Below, piece after piece: positions 1 through 11,763 of a stretch of DNA of 64,000 bases. Each line of letters starts with the position of its first letter. Position 1 is the stretch's first letter. Source of the stretch: Yuukianura sp. NJ FZ-2021 (taxonomy: Eukaryota); the NCBI GenBank assembly GCA_046563655.1, contig CM102289.1:248001-312000 (forward strand). The letters run 5' to 3'. The translations under genes were made by a program, and so were the position numbers. Below the pieces are notes generated by a model, which was not told the origin of the DNA, ran no database searches, and was given only the letters and a program-made list of their open reading frames with translations.

Positions 1-878
1 AGGGAAATGACATCAGTTGCCCATGGCCAGTCACGGTAACATCAAAACGTGTCGCCGCGGTATCCAAGCTGATTGACCTTGAGGTCATGAAGGTCACGGC
101 GAAATCTGCCCGCGTTGCCGTGACGACCGTGATATTGGCTGGAATCATGCAAGCTCTGGCACGAACACGACTGAAAAATTTTAAACTGGAACCGGGAAAC
201 TGCATTGTAGGGGCCATGGCAATTCCGGTTCGGAGAAGAAACGAAGAAAAAGCGGGAAATCCTGTGTAATCTTTTCAAAAACTAACTTTTAAAAAAGAAC
301 TTTTTGAAATGGTTTCATAATTTTGCCTTTTCAATTTGCAGACTCCCAGTTGTGATGTTAAATCTGCCGGTTCTGCCGTTGACCCAAACTGAAAAAGTGC
401 TGGAGGAATTTCAAAAAGTTTTGCTGCGGGGAATGTCGTCGTGCTTTTTGTTGCCGGGATTTATGAAATTTTTGAATTCCTACTCAAATTTATTTCGACT
501 TGACTACGGAAAAGAAGCAACTAAAAAAGTTTTGGTGATTGCAAATTTTCCAGGAGCAACTACACAACTTTTCTGGGACAAAATTCCAATTGAAGACTTG
601 GATTGTGGTCAGGAGTCGAGCGGAAATTTCCGTAAGTTCTCTTAAGAGTTTTGCACTCAACAAAATTTTAATCCCGTCGATAAATTTTTTGAAAAATATT
701 TTCAGTTTTTGTCGTTTCCGCGTTTTCGTACAACGGACACATTCGGCTTCGTGTAAATGCTGATCAATGCATAATTTCAAGTGAAAGTGAAGCTGAGGAG
801 TTTGTTGAAAATGTTGAGCGCCAAATCCAAAATTTCACAGACGAATACTCAGAAATTCCTTGCATAAAAGTGGAGTAA
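1..878 (+). CDS. 3' part of wax-ester synthase/diacylglycerol acyltransferase (WS/DGAT, WSD1-like) gene, truncated by window start
   Basis: Spliced reading: ...SKRVAAVSKLIDLEVMK...AMAIPVRRR...GNP / ...VLVIANFPGATTQLFWDKIPIED / FVVSAFSYNGHIRLRVNADQCII...* (TAA 876-878). The NxPG and SYNG...D motifs match the WS/DGAT C-terminal domain. The catalytic HHxxxDG motif would lie outside the window. Confidence 0.65.
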
Positions 879-1415
879 TTAACACTTTACATTACTTTTA
901 CATTAAAATTACAAACTGCCACATTTTACATTAACTCATTTATTAAATTTATTAAATTAAATAATGAATAAATAAATGAAACTTAGTCCGTATTCACTCA
1001 AAATATTCTGAGAAACATTTCCCTTTCGTTTTCACTAGAATTTTGTTGTGTAAATTGTGAAATGTTTGAAGTATTGCCGCGTAGTAAGATCATTTTGAAG
1101 ACTTGGAAATGGCGAGGTCAGAGGTCAAGTGTGAGATAATTTCCAAGAAGCGGACGTTATTCGAGACATTTTTTTGCAACATTTCCTCCTAACCTGTGCT
1201 TAATCTTTGTTCGTGACGCTTAACTTAAGTATTCTCAATACACACAAGATTAATTTTGGCAAACAGAAATTTTTTAGAAACTTCGCTTCAGTTACTTTTT
1301 TGTGGTTGGAGGTCAATACGAAGTGAAGGACCAAGTTAAACGAAAATTACTTAAAATTATTAAAATTTAATCACAATTGGCGAATTAAACACCAAAGCTA
1401 CAATTAGCGTCAAAA

Positions 1416-2891
1416 ATGAAGCGTAGTCATTGCGTTCCAAGTTTGTTTCTAGTTTTTCTAGCACTGTTCAGTTTTGTCAACTGTGACGTAAGTGTTGAAA
1501 CTCTCATTTTTGTTTAAACTGAAGCTTGTTTCAATACTTTTTAAAATTTTACATTTTTCAAAAATTGACACGAGTAAAATTGAAAAACATTCTGTAGATG
1601 GAATTGGCTGCAAAAGTGAAGCGTTCCGTAGACATCCGAGATTATTTGGACCACATAGGAAACGTCGTAAGTTTAATAAAATAAGTTATAAAAATTTGCT
1701 TACTTATAAAAATTCATTTACTTATTTAATTTCAACAAAATTTAGATAGATGAGTTTGGGAAGCAACTGGAAAAGCAAAAGTTAGACATCGCTTCTATTA
1801 GAATTTCACAGCAAAATTTACACACAAAAGTGAACGCCATCTACAAACAGGTAACTAAATCACAATTTTTTTTAAATTTTTGTCTAAAAACCCGCTTTTT
1901 GAAAAAGGTGGCGAATGCGACGGAAGAGTTTGAGCAATCTTTGGAAATGTTGGAAATGCGAACTACCACAAGAATGCATCTACTTGATACGAGAGTCAAG
2001 AAAAATGAAGCAGCAATTAAAAGTTTAAAGTCGCAGCACAATTTGGACACCACAAAGTTACAAGTACTGTTGGAAAATTTTCAAAATTTGAGTTCAACTC
2101 CGCCTCCAACTTCCCCTCCCGTTCAAATCGAACGTTGCTGCAATGCTGCAAATTTAACTGCACTCAATTGGCGACTAGGCTCTGCATTGAACGCAATTGC
2201 TGCCATTGAAGAGCAGTTGGATCGTCAAGCATCAGCTGCTGAAGAAATTGAAGCAACTGTAACTCAGGTTAGATTTTATCAAAAAAAAAATTGAATTTGA
2301 AATTTCGAAATTGGAAATTACAAGTTTTCCCTTGCTTTCTATAGAACCTATCTGGATTTTCAACCAAGCTGGCTACAATGCAAAATCAAATCGAAAGTAA
2401 AACAACAATTTTCTGGAATTTTTCAGAACTTTTCTTTCTTTTTTAAACAAAATTTTAAAATTTTCAGAATTTTCAACTGCCGTTCCAAAGCACAGGGCTA
2501 GAATTGCACTTTTTGACCATACGGGCCATACAGGTAACTTTTTAGTGGCAATAGGTCAAAGGTCGACTTCACTTTTATGTGTTTTTCTACATGTACTTAT
2601 GTATTTACTACATAAATTTATGTTATTGCAGGGCCTACGGAGACGATAGACTTTGCCAATTGTTTTGTGACGGAGGAATGCTGCAAAAACTTGGCAATTC
2701 TGAACAATGCCGTGTCGTCTTTGAATACGCGTGGCACATGCGTAGTTGCCTACGCAGATGAGAACTGCAGAGGGGAGTTCCATACATTTAAACCAGAGGA
2801 GCCTTCAGAACCCGATATTGTCAAGCACTGGAACTTGGAATCCTGGAAAGACAAAATTAGTTCCGTCAAACCTTGTTCTGGACAATACTGA
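1416..2891 (+). CDS. Secreted coiled-coil protein with C-terminal beta/gamma-crystallin-like domain (multi-exon)
   Basis: ATG 1416 gives signal peptide MKRSHCVPSLFLVFLALFSFVNC, followed by a KVKR site and heptad-rich exons. The final exons read ARIALFDHTGHTG...LNNAVSSLNTRGTCVVAYADENCRG...WKDKISSVKPC, with paired Greek-key-like (N/D)xxSS motifs. Confidence 0.65.
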
Positions 2892-3225
2892 TTTAATTTT
2901 ATACATTTTGATTTCAAAAAACAAAAAAAAAATGTGTTTTTGTTAAAACGAAAGAATGCTGCGATTAAATTCGTCCGTAAAACATGCGAAACGGTACATG
3001 CAATGCAACGCAGCCTTACTGCAACCGCAGCTAAAGAATCCGCCGTGTCCGAGGATTAGTTTAATCACATACCTGCATTCCAGCATTCATGTCATTCATA
3101 GCCAAAGAAGTCTCGTCCACGCCTAACTTTACTTGATTTAATTAACGGTTTAGAAGGTAACTAAAGCATTGACAAGCAGTTGTCTAGCCAATTAGGTTGG
3201 TGGGACTCCGATTCCAGCTTTGAAG

Positions 3226-4860
3226 ATGAGTATCGTCTGCACCGTCTGTCGTGATCCACTGACTTCCAATCCAGTACCAGGATCTGAGGCTGACTGGGAC
3301 GGACATCGATGTAGCTCTTTGGTCGCCAGGATTGTCGTCACGGGATGTGGGCATGCACAACACGAGTTAGTGATTAGTTATCCATATCCATTATAGAAGT
3401 CGGTTGGTTATTAGTTCATGTAAACATTTGTCAATTTGCTGCAGGTATTGCCTTACTAACTGGATTCAGCGCAGGTATGTCTACCTCATTTTTATGGCCG
3501 AACTTTAACGATTTTTATCCTGGATCTAGAAATAGTATGTTTTATCTTTGTTTTTGTTGGTTGTTTTCAGCAAAAGCTGCCCGTTCTGCAGTGCCACTGT
3601 GTCCACAGCTGACTTTCGGAGAATTTTCCCCATTGGAGATGAGGATATTGAGGAAGCACAGGGTCCTTCGCCTGCTTCCCGCGAAATAGCCGAACTCCGA
3701 CGTCAGAATGTCGAAAAGGACAAGGAATTGACAAAATTGCGGCAGTCTGTGGAGAAGGAGCAAACAGAAGCGACAAAATTGCGGCAGGCTGTGGAGAAGG
3801 AGCAAACAGAAGCAACAAAATTGCGGCAGGCTGTGGAGAAGGAGCAAACAGAAGCGACAAAATTGCGGCAGGCTGTGGAGAAGGAGCAAACAGAAGCGAC
3901 AAAATTGCGGCAGGCTGTGGAGAAGGAGCAAACAGAAGCAACAAAATTGCGGCAGGCTGTGGAGAAGGAGCAAACAGAAGCGACAAAATTGCGGCAGGCT
4001 GTGGAGAAGGAGCAAACAGAAGCGACAAAATTGCGGCAGGCTGTGGAGAAGGAGCAAACAGAGGTGGCAAAATTGAGACGGGCTGCTGAGGAGGAGCACA
4101 AACAGTTAATGGAGTTACGACGGGCTGCAGAGGAGGAGGAAAAGGAGTTAACTGAGTTGCGGCTCCTTGTGAAGGAGGAACGACTTATTGCCGATGTCCT
4201 TAGGTAAGAACTTGCCACATTTTAAGTTTTTGTTGCCCAATTATGTGATACTTTTCATTCGTTTTGATTTTAACAGGGTTGACAATGCATGTCTGGAATC
4301 CAAAAATTCGGAACTCGCGGCCAAACTCGCTGCTGAGTCTAGAACTGCTGAATTAGATGTCCAGGTTGCTGATTGTAAGCGACAAATTAGGTGAGAGATA
4401 CGTTATCTTTAGATATAGACTATCGACTTAGATCTACTGATATTTAAGTTCAACTTAATAGGTTGATAACATATTTACTTTATCTAGCACACTCAAGCGA
4501 CAACTGAAGGCAGCCGTTGAGGAAAACGCAGCAACTGCTAAGAAGATCAGCCTTCTTCATAAGCACTCCACTCAAGCTCAATGTCTACTGGACCAACTAC
4601 TGGACACCAACAAGCACTACCGCCCCAACTCAACCGAGATTACTGAACCTCATGATGATGGCGACGTCACAGTTATCGATTTAGGAGATACTTCCACCAG
4701 TTGTCACTACATTCCGACTCCCAGGAAAACTACGCGTTTGAGTGTAGAAGAAATCACGGTGGATGATGATGATGATGCTGAATTCAACCATGACTCGTCT
4801 TCCTCCTACTTGGTCGAGGTCGAAACCACCAGTAGTAGTTCGTCAATTGCCGAAGACTGA
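3226..4860 (+). CDS. RING-H2 finger + coiled-coil protein (TRAIP/NOPO-like architecture) with acidic SIM-like tail
   Basis: Spliced: MSIVCTVC...GCGHAQHE/YCLTNWIQRS/KSCPFC...RRIF (C3H2C3 pattern), then a 14-aa repeat coiled coil. The last exon carries DVTVIDL and VEEITVDDDDD. TGA at 4858-4860. Confidence 0.75.
3731..4075 (+). repeat. Coding minisatellite, 42-bp unit (TKLRQAVEKEQTEA) x ~8
   Basis: Near-identical copies of acaaaattgcggcaggctgtggagaaggagcaaacagaagc(g/a). Confidence 0.95.
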
Positions 4861-5487
4861 TGGATTTCAAGATGCTTAATCTCTCAATCCAAATCAACAG
4901 CTTTCAGAAACTGGTCTAACCTAATCATAAGTTAATTTCAAGTTTTTTTAAGCATTAATTCTAAGTTTTGTAGTGGCCGTGACGCTACCTTTTTTCATTT
5001 TGTGAACTTTTTTCGGCCTATTTTTTTTATAACGACTGACTACATAATCGCATTTCCCGACCAGAAATTTGTTCGCTATCGCTGGTCTAATGTCACTTAA
5101 ATTAATTAACGACTGTACCGCTAATTAGTAACTAAGCACAAACCGTTCAAAACGACATGACTTGGAAGCTAACTCCGTAATTTAAGTCCTGCCCTGAATC
5201 AAATAATGGCATTCCTAAAGGTACAAAGGTACAATGTAACTCCATTTTAATTTTAAGTGCAATTTGAAATAAAGAATCAAGGGACTCATTAACGAAATTA
5301 GTTAATTCCGAACAATTTAGAATTCCAGTTACGATGTAAAACTAAAGTTGAATTGACGTAAATCTTCTTACGCAGACCAGCTGATCAGACAAGTGCACCA
5401 TCCACTTTCATTCCCCTCTTGAATTGAGGTGACTAAAAGTTGAAACTCCACATTTATAAGTTAAAAGTTAATGGGTTAAGGGTACCG

Positions 5488-5582
5488 CAGATTTCCAAAT
5501 AGTGCCCCGGTATTTAACAGTACCTCTGTGCAAAATTGGGCAAAAGAATATAAGTACCGGGAGGGTACTGTTTGGAAATCTG
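5488..5582. repeat. Imperfect ~30-bp inverted repeat (hairpin/MITE remnant)
   Basis: cagatttccaaatagtgccccggtattta ... taagtaccgggagggtactgtttggaaatctg. Confidence 0.6.
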
Positions 5583-5760
5583 TTATGTTGTATGTGGAGG
5601 CACTTTGAGCCGGTTCCAAACTTAACTTTCGAACAATTTCTCATCGCCTATACTTTAACTTTCTACTGTCATAGTTTTATAATGTGCATTGATGTTCGAA
5701 TGAAGTTAAGTATGGAACATTGCGTTAATTGGGAACTTGTGATGGATGCTTGGAGTGGTT

Positions 5761-7132
5761 TCAGTCGAACTCCATGTCCATGTCCATCCCCATTGACCTG
5801 TTTGGATTCGAAGAACTGCTGGGATCTGCCTCTGTGTCATCGGAACGTCCTGCTGGAGGCACAGAGCTGGAAGTTGACGAAGAAACTGCCGAGGCAGATG
5901 GAGATCTCCCTGTGCTTGAGGGTCGCTGCAGCAGATTCAACGGAAACGTTGATGGATTGATGTTTATAGATGCAGTTGAACTTTGGCCCCCCGGATCTTT
6001 GCTTTCATTTCCACTTTCGGTAAAGTCCCGTCGACAAACGGGACAAGTGCCGTGCTGAAACGAAAAATAAAATTTAATTCAATGTGGTTTGATTAGAAAC
6101 TTTCAATGTAAAAAAGTGCTTTGTTACCAGCTTGAGCCAAGGGATGATGCAAGCGGGGTGGTACACATGATCACAGTCCAGTTGCTTCACTTCCTCATCC
6201 AACTTAAATTCATCCCAACAAACGGAACATTCCAGTTTCGCAGCGACTTGTTCCGGTTGAATTTTCTTAGTTTGTAGTCGTTCTAGCTTATCAGCGTCCA
6301 ATGGTGGTGGGCCACTTCCATCAAACTGGTTCATCAACTGAGTCACAATTGTATCCAGTCCATCTCTGCCCCAAACATAGTCACCCAAGTTTCCAAACAA
6401 ACTGAAACAGAAACAATGAAATGATTTAGAAAATGTGATAAAATTTGATATTGAATTGTTAAATAACAAACACGGAAACTGTTTTCCTTACTTTGGTCCT
6501 TGAGCTTGTCCACCGAGCCCAACGATGAGGTTGCTGAGGAAGGATTGAAACAGCTGATCTGCCGGGTTGTCTGCTTCGTTGTCCTGCTGGTTTCCTCCGC
6601 GATTTGACGGGGTCAGTGTAAATGAAATTCCGGTTGCCGTTGGACGAAAGTTTGGATTCCCTTGCGGTCCAGGATTCGGATGACTTCGGGATCCTCCAGC
6701 GAACGGTCCGAACAACTAAAGGAGAAGAAAATGAGTTGAAGTGATAATTAAGATATACTGAATGCTGGATGCTGGTGAGTATGCTGATGCTGGATGTTGA
6801 CTTACCATTTCAATAAACTGAGCAGGACTAGGAGAGCCTCCAGGACCTTGTTCTCCTCCAAGAATCGATGACACCAGAGCAGCCCCTGTATCGTGAACGT
6901 GGGCCATCGGTTGCGGTTCTTGTTCCGGAATCTCCTCCACAAAGCCTCCACCACATGTGGGGCAAGTGTAGTCCTCCTAGAGACAAAAATCAATTAAACG
7001 TAGCTTAATCGAATCGATTAGTAAATGACATAAATTTACAAAACGTACTTGGTGGGGGCGTCGAAACCGGGCATTGCATGTGTAGCAGAAGAAGGCTGTA
7101 GGAGGTCGTAGATTGACTCCTGCCTCTGCCAT
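5761..7132 (-). CDS. RNF126: E3 ubiquitin ligase RNF126/RNF115 (Iruka)-like
   Basis: N-terminal zinc ribbon FFCYTC...CPTCGGGFVEEI, GNLGDYVWGRDGLDTIVTQLMNQ motif, and RING-H2 CSVC...CDHVYHPACIIPWLKL/HGTCPVCR. Multi-exon; stop at 5761-5763. Confidence 0.9.
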
Positions 7133-7560
7133 TCCGTCGATTACTCCTTTAAACAACACAATTAATCTAACAATTACCTTCAATTAATTAATTTAATTAA
7201 CCTCTGAACTTCAGCAAAAGTGAGGAGAGATAGAGAAACAAACGCAAAAAAAGAAAAAAACAAATCAGAAAGAACAAGATTAGAAATTTGAAACGGAAAA
7301 AGAAACCGCCAATTTTGTCTCAAAGAAAAATACCACTTGTGACTTTTGTCGGACAATAAAAAAGTAAAATATGGGAATATGTTTGCTTACTTTTAGGTCC
7401 GCACCCTCTTTTACTCCTCATAAAAATACACAGGAACGAAGATTACCGCATTCTGTGCTCAAATTTGATGCACTTTCTCCACAAAGGAAAAGAAAATAAC
7501 AATCAAAGTTAATCAATGATTAACTTAATTCAAAATAAACATAAGTTTAATTAATCCTGC

Positions 7561-7795
7561 AAGAAACAGATTCTGCCGTTTACATAAGGAATCTGTGTCT
7601 CTTCTGCCTTCCTCTCTCAGAGGAGACCATGAGAGTGAATGAGAAGAAATTGGTGAGCTTCCCTTTTATATGAAGTCGAGAGGAGTAGAACGAAGGAGTG
7701 TTTTACTCTTTTGGAGTTGGATGTTGGGGGAGGGAGTGGGTGGCAATGGACAAAATGCATGCAGGGACCACCCCAACTCCAAAAAACCCCCAGAA
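7561..7795 (-). repeat. Dispersed ~230-bp repeat carrying TATA + Inr-like motifs (copy 1)
   Basis: Reverse complement aligns by eye to 27220-27454 and partly to 27562-27725. Confidence 0.85.
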
Positions 7796-9339
7796 ATCAA
7801 ACATTTTGTGTGAAAAAACGGAGAAAGTTCCTCAAAACAGGCAGAATCTATTGGAGTTTGACTCCAGTTCAATTTTATTTTTGTTTTTGAAGACAACTCT
7901 CATCTTCTCCATGCAGTTTCACTTGTTAAATCCAAGTAAAAGTCCCAAAAGCTTTTCAGTTTCACTTCCTTTACATGTTTTTCCAAACTTTCTTTGTACT
8001 TATCTTATGAAAGGTTAAAAATAAAATGCATTTTTCATGTTATTTCACAGAAAACAGACCTGAAAAGACCAATTAATGCGGGAATTGCTGTTTTTTTCTT
8101 GTTAAGAAGCAAAAACGACAGTTGTAACAATTTTCTCGTGTAAAAAGTCATTTGTGATGCTTTTCCATCATCATTTCGTAGGAAAAACTAAAAAATTTTG
8201 AATGTGAAAAACACAGAAAGTTCCTGAGAACAGGAAGAGTCTGTGTGAGTTGACTCCACTTTATTTTCAGTTTTGGTTTCGTCCACTCCAACAACACATT
8301 CTACACACAGTTTCTGTTGTTCAAAGTCAAAGTCAATGTTCAAAGGCTTTCCAATTCCACTTTCTCTTTATTATGTTCACTAACTTTCTTCAGAATTTTA
8401 CTTTCCGTTTGAAAATACATTTTATTCGAAAACGAACCGTTAAAATTGAAGTTATGTTGGAAAAAGTGTGTCATGTAGTAAAGAAACATGTACTACACTA
8501 GTGAAAGGTGTTTCACTCTGATCAACCGCCATTTTGAGTTCCAAATTAATCGTTCAAGACATCGTCATTTGCACAACACTACTCCAAATGACCAAATAAC
8601 TTTCTCCTTCAAAGTGTTTTCGATCCTCATAAGGAGACAGGACGCCTGCTGAGCTGCAGAGGCGCCAAACTCCCAATTTGAAATAAAACAAAAATAAACG
8701 AGTCCAACAAAAAGCTTTCACTTGTCACCCTCCACGCCTTCACTTATGGGCGTCTTTAAAAAAATACCAACAAAAACATTTAAGTTAAAGTAAACTGCAA
8801 AGCATACATCATGTTTGAGTAGTTTTAATTAAACTAATTAAGATTAGAAAAGTCTTAGTTATTTTATGTTGATTTCCATTAATTCGTCGTTTATACTGGT
8901 TTTATTTTGGGTTAAATTCCACATGTAGACTTTTCCCCAAGTGGGTGAACGAGAGGTGGGTGTGGCCCTCAGAGTTACCTCTGTTTAAAATTTTTGTCAA
9001 TCTGAATTAAAATCCGGTTAATTACTACTTGGAAGTCACTAACTAATTAAAAGTAATTAATCGATTAATTGAGAAGTGTCTTCCTCTACATGACGACCGA
9101 CGTAGTAAGTGACCAGCGAAGGAGACGCAGACAAATCCTACGTTGGCCAACGAGGAACTGTCGAAACCGGTGGAAAGTCAAAAGTAAGTGATAACCGATT
9201 TATAGAAACTTAATTAGTAATTAACAATCGTGGTATCGTTTATTTTATTCCAATTAAAAGTTTAGTTATAACTTGCTAGTCTACTATTTTTCAGTGATTA
9301 GGACAATTCAAGATGGCTGAAAGAGACAAACAAAGATAG

Positions 9340-9708
9340 TTAGGATTCGCCTTCTCCGAATGACGTTTCTGCTCCCTCTACAAGTGTGTTGACGCTCTCA
9401 AAGAGTTCTGGGATTTCCTTGAGGAATTTGTTGACTTCTCTTAGGTCAAACTTCCCCACGGAGTCTACCACCTTCCCCAGATCCCCCAGTCCCCCCAGTT
9501 GCCTGCCCTTTTGGCTGTCCTCGGGAAGTGTCCCCCAGTGTTCTAGCATCCATTCACTCCTGTAGTCAGGTACTGCCGCTGAGTAGCACACGTCCATGAG
9601 TACCACCATCATTACGACCACCTACATACGAAGATAGCAATATTAAAACGTTTCATTTTCGTTTTTGTTTCAGAAACTTACCGAGATGAGGAGAATATTG
9701 GAGTTCAT
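9340..9708 (-). CDS. Small secreted prepropeptide of unknown function (2 exons)
   Basis: MNSNILLIS / VVVMMVVLMDVCYSA signal peptide, then ...QKGR-QLGGLGDLGKVVDSVGKFDLREVNKFLKEIPELF; GT-AG intron 9622-9681. Confidence 0.7.
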
Positions 9709-10052
9709 GTTGATTGTACGAAGAGAATAGAAACGAAACTGCGTCGAGGGAAGATGGTGAGTTGTAATTGAGGAGTAATCGATTAATATTCGTAATTGAG
9801 AAGCACTTGATTAACATTTAATTGTGATTAACTAGGAACCAGCTGTGGAAGTAGAAAGAGATGAGGCCGTTGAACCCGGTGGATGAATTAGAAAACCACG
9901 AAGAGGAGCCTCAATCCCTAACTCAAAACGGAAGCTATACGAATAGAGGGGTTAAGTTTTGGGCAAAAACTGAAGAAAAATTGGCAAATGAAATGGAAAA
10001 GTAAGATGAATTTATATTTTGTCCAGATAAGTCCCTAATTTATAAGTTAGGG

Positions 10053-10594
10053 TTAGTCGTATGTGCAAACGAGGTGGTTTCTTCCACGTCCCTCTGAATT
10101 CGTTTGGCATCTTAGCCCTTCATTTTTGCAACAAAATCCAGAAGAACAGAGATTTCCGTAGTGTAAGCATTTGGAAGCAGCCCGCTTCTCAATTGAATGC
10201 TCCCCTCTCAAATTTTGCAATTTCACACACTCCCCTGTAACAATTCGGTGTTTTTAAAATTTTCATTTTTTTCCAAATGAAGTTGAAATTTTATGAAATG
10301 GCATTACCGCATGTGGCAGATCCATTGGGAGGACAGTTTACTCCGAATATTCCGTCTGGAGGGGGACATCCGTTTAGAAAGTAGTCACACTCAGCTAGGA
10401 GCCAAGATTTTAAAAATTTCAAAAGTGCGTTTTAATTTCTCAGTGTTAATTTTCTGTTTTTATTTACCACAAATTCTGAAAATCAAAGCCTTTTCTTCGA
10501 TTTCATGTTCGTTAGGGCCGGACGTCACCGGTACGGGAGTAACTGTTTTGATCAAAGCGAAAATCAGAAGAGCAAATGTGACTTTGGCTTTCAT
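10053..10594 (-). CDS. Secreted Cys-rich precursor: 6-Cys peptide + KR-released inhibitor cystine knot (knottin)
   Basis: Exons 10594-10468, 10394-10308 and 10234-10053 with phase-1 GT-AG introns: MKAKVTFALLIFALIKTVTP...EHEIEEKALIFRICAECDYFLNGCPPPDGIFGVNCPPNGSATCGECVKLQNLRGEHSIEKR-AASKCLHYGNLCSSGFCCKNEGLRCQTNSEGRGRNHLVCTYD*. Confidence 0.8.
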
Positions 10595-11763
10595 TTCAAC
10601 GACTGCCAAACTTATTTTTTGAAAAGCATGAAATTAGGAATGGAAGAAATTCAAAGTAATGTCAAAAATGAAATCTAAATTGCAAATTTTGGAAATTGGA
10701 AAACAGTTTAAGTTAATTAGAGAGTTTTCTGGACATGGGCAGTTGGTTTCATGGTACCAATTGTTTACAGCGTTTCTGCATTGCTGATTTTCCAAATTGC
10801 TGAGTTAAGCGGAATAGTTGGTTGGAGAAGCTGTGACTAATTGACCTTGTGGGGTAATTAGCGTTAAAGTGGTTAACTGTAGTTTGTATAATTAACTAAC
10901 TCCAATCTAATCCCAGCCACTTGCGGCTCTTCCGGGTCTTTTTGCGGTTTAAGAATCAAATCTCGGAGTGAACCGACCATGGTCATCCAACATTCAGGGC
11001 TTTTCGGAGTTCCGCGGTTTTCAACTTCGTCATCAGCTAAATCCCAAACTCTCAAAACCTAACAAAACTAAACACTAGTTTAACTTTTAATTTTTAGTAA
11101 ACAAAAATAAGTTAGTTTGTAATTTAAAACTTGAAAACTAAAAATAATTTTTTTGTTTTTTTCAGAAACAAGGAACAGTTACGTAAATGCCAACATGTGT
11201 GGAAGCCGGTATATTGGATTTGGATTTTTTCTGAAGAAGCGACTCGAGGGAAACGTGAGAACGGATATCTTCGAAGCATCAAACGAAGATACTGGAACTG
11301 CGAAGTTACTGGTACCGGACAAATACTGGCTGCTTGTGAAGTATTGGCCGGAAACAAATGGCTTCAAGTGTTCCCAGCACAGACGTGAGTTAGAGGTTAT
11401 GCAATCGCTGTAGAAGTGGCAACTGTGCTACAGCTTTCAGCAGCACAGTGTTTCCGTCCTTTTTAAATTGTGAATTTGATTATTCCTTTGGTGTGGGACC
11501 GCAGAAGAGACTTTGTCTCTTCCCGTGGTTTTGCACATTCTGTGGCTAATGTGATTAACTAATTCTCGGTCTAATTTTTGTTGCCAGGTGACCAATGGGA
11601 TGGCAGCCACGTCTGTCCAGGGCGATAACCGAAGCCATATTAAGCCTCTCCAGCCTCCACTCGTCCCCATTGTTCTCTTCTTCCTTACGAAGGAAAGTTC
11701 AATTTCACTTTTGACGGCTTACCCGTTTAGTCGACTGCTTTTGAATTTTGATCATCCGAGAGA

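Noticed and set aside
3542..4218. Three minus-strand repeat ORFs
   Set aside because: Shadows of the 42-bp repeat; the plus frame splices to the RING exons
9076..10005. Plus-strand gene overlapping the small secreted gene
   Set aside because: The exon-like segment 9836-10000 has stops in all three frames; at most non-coding, and cannot be supported
11131..11413. Extra coding exon of the giant gene
   Set aside because: It has splice-like ends, but there is an in-frame stop before ATG 11764 and it lacks the codon bias; more likely 5' UTR
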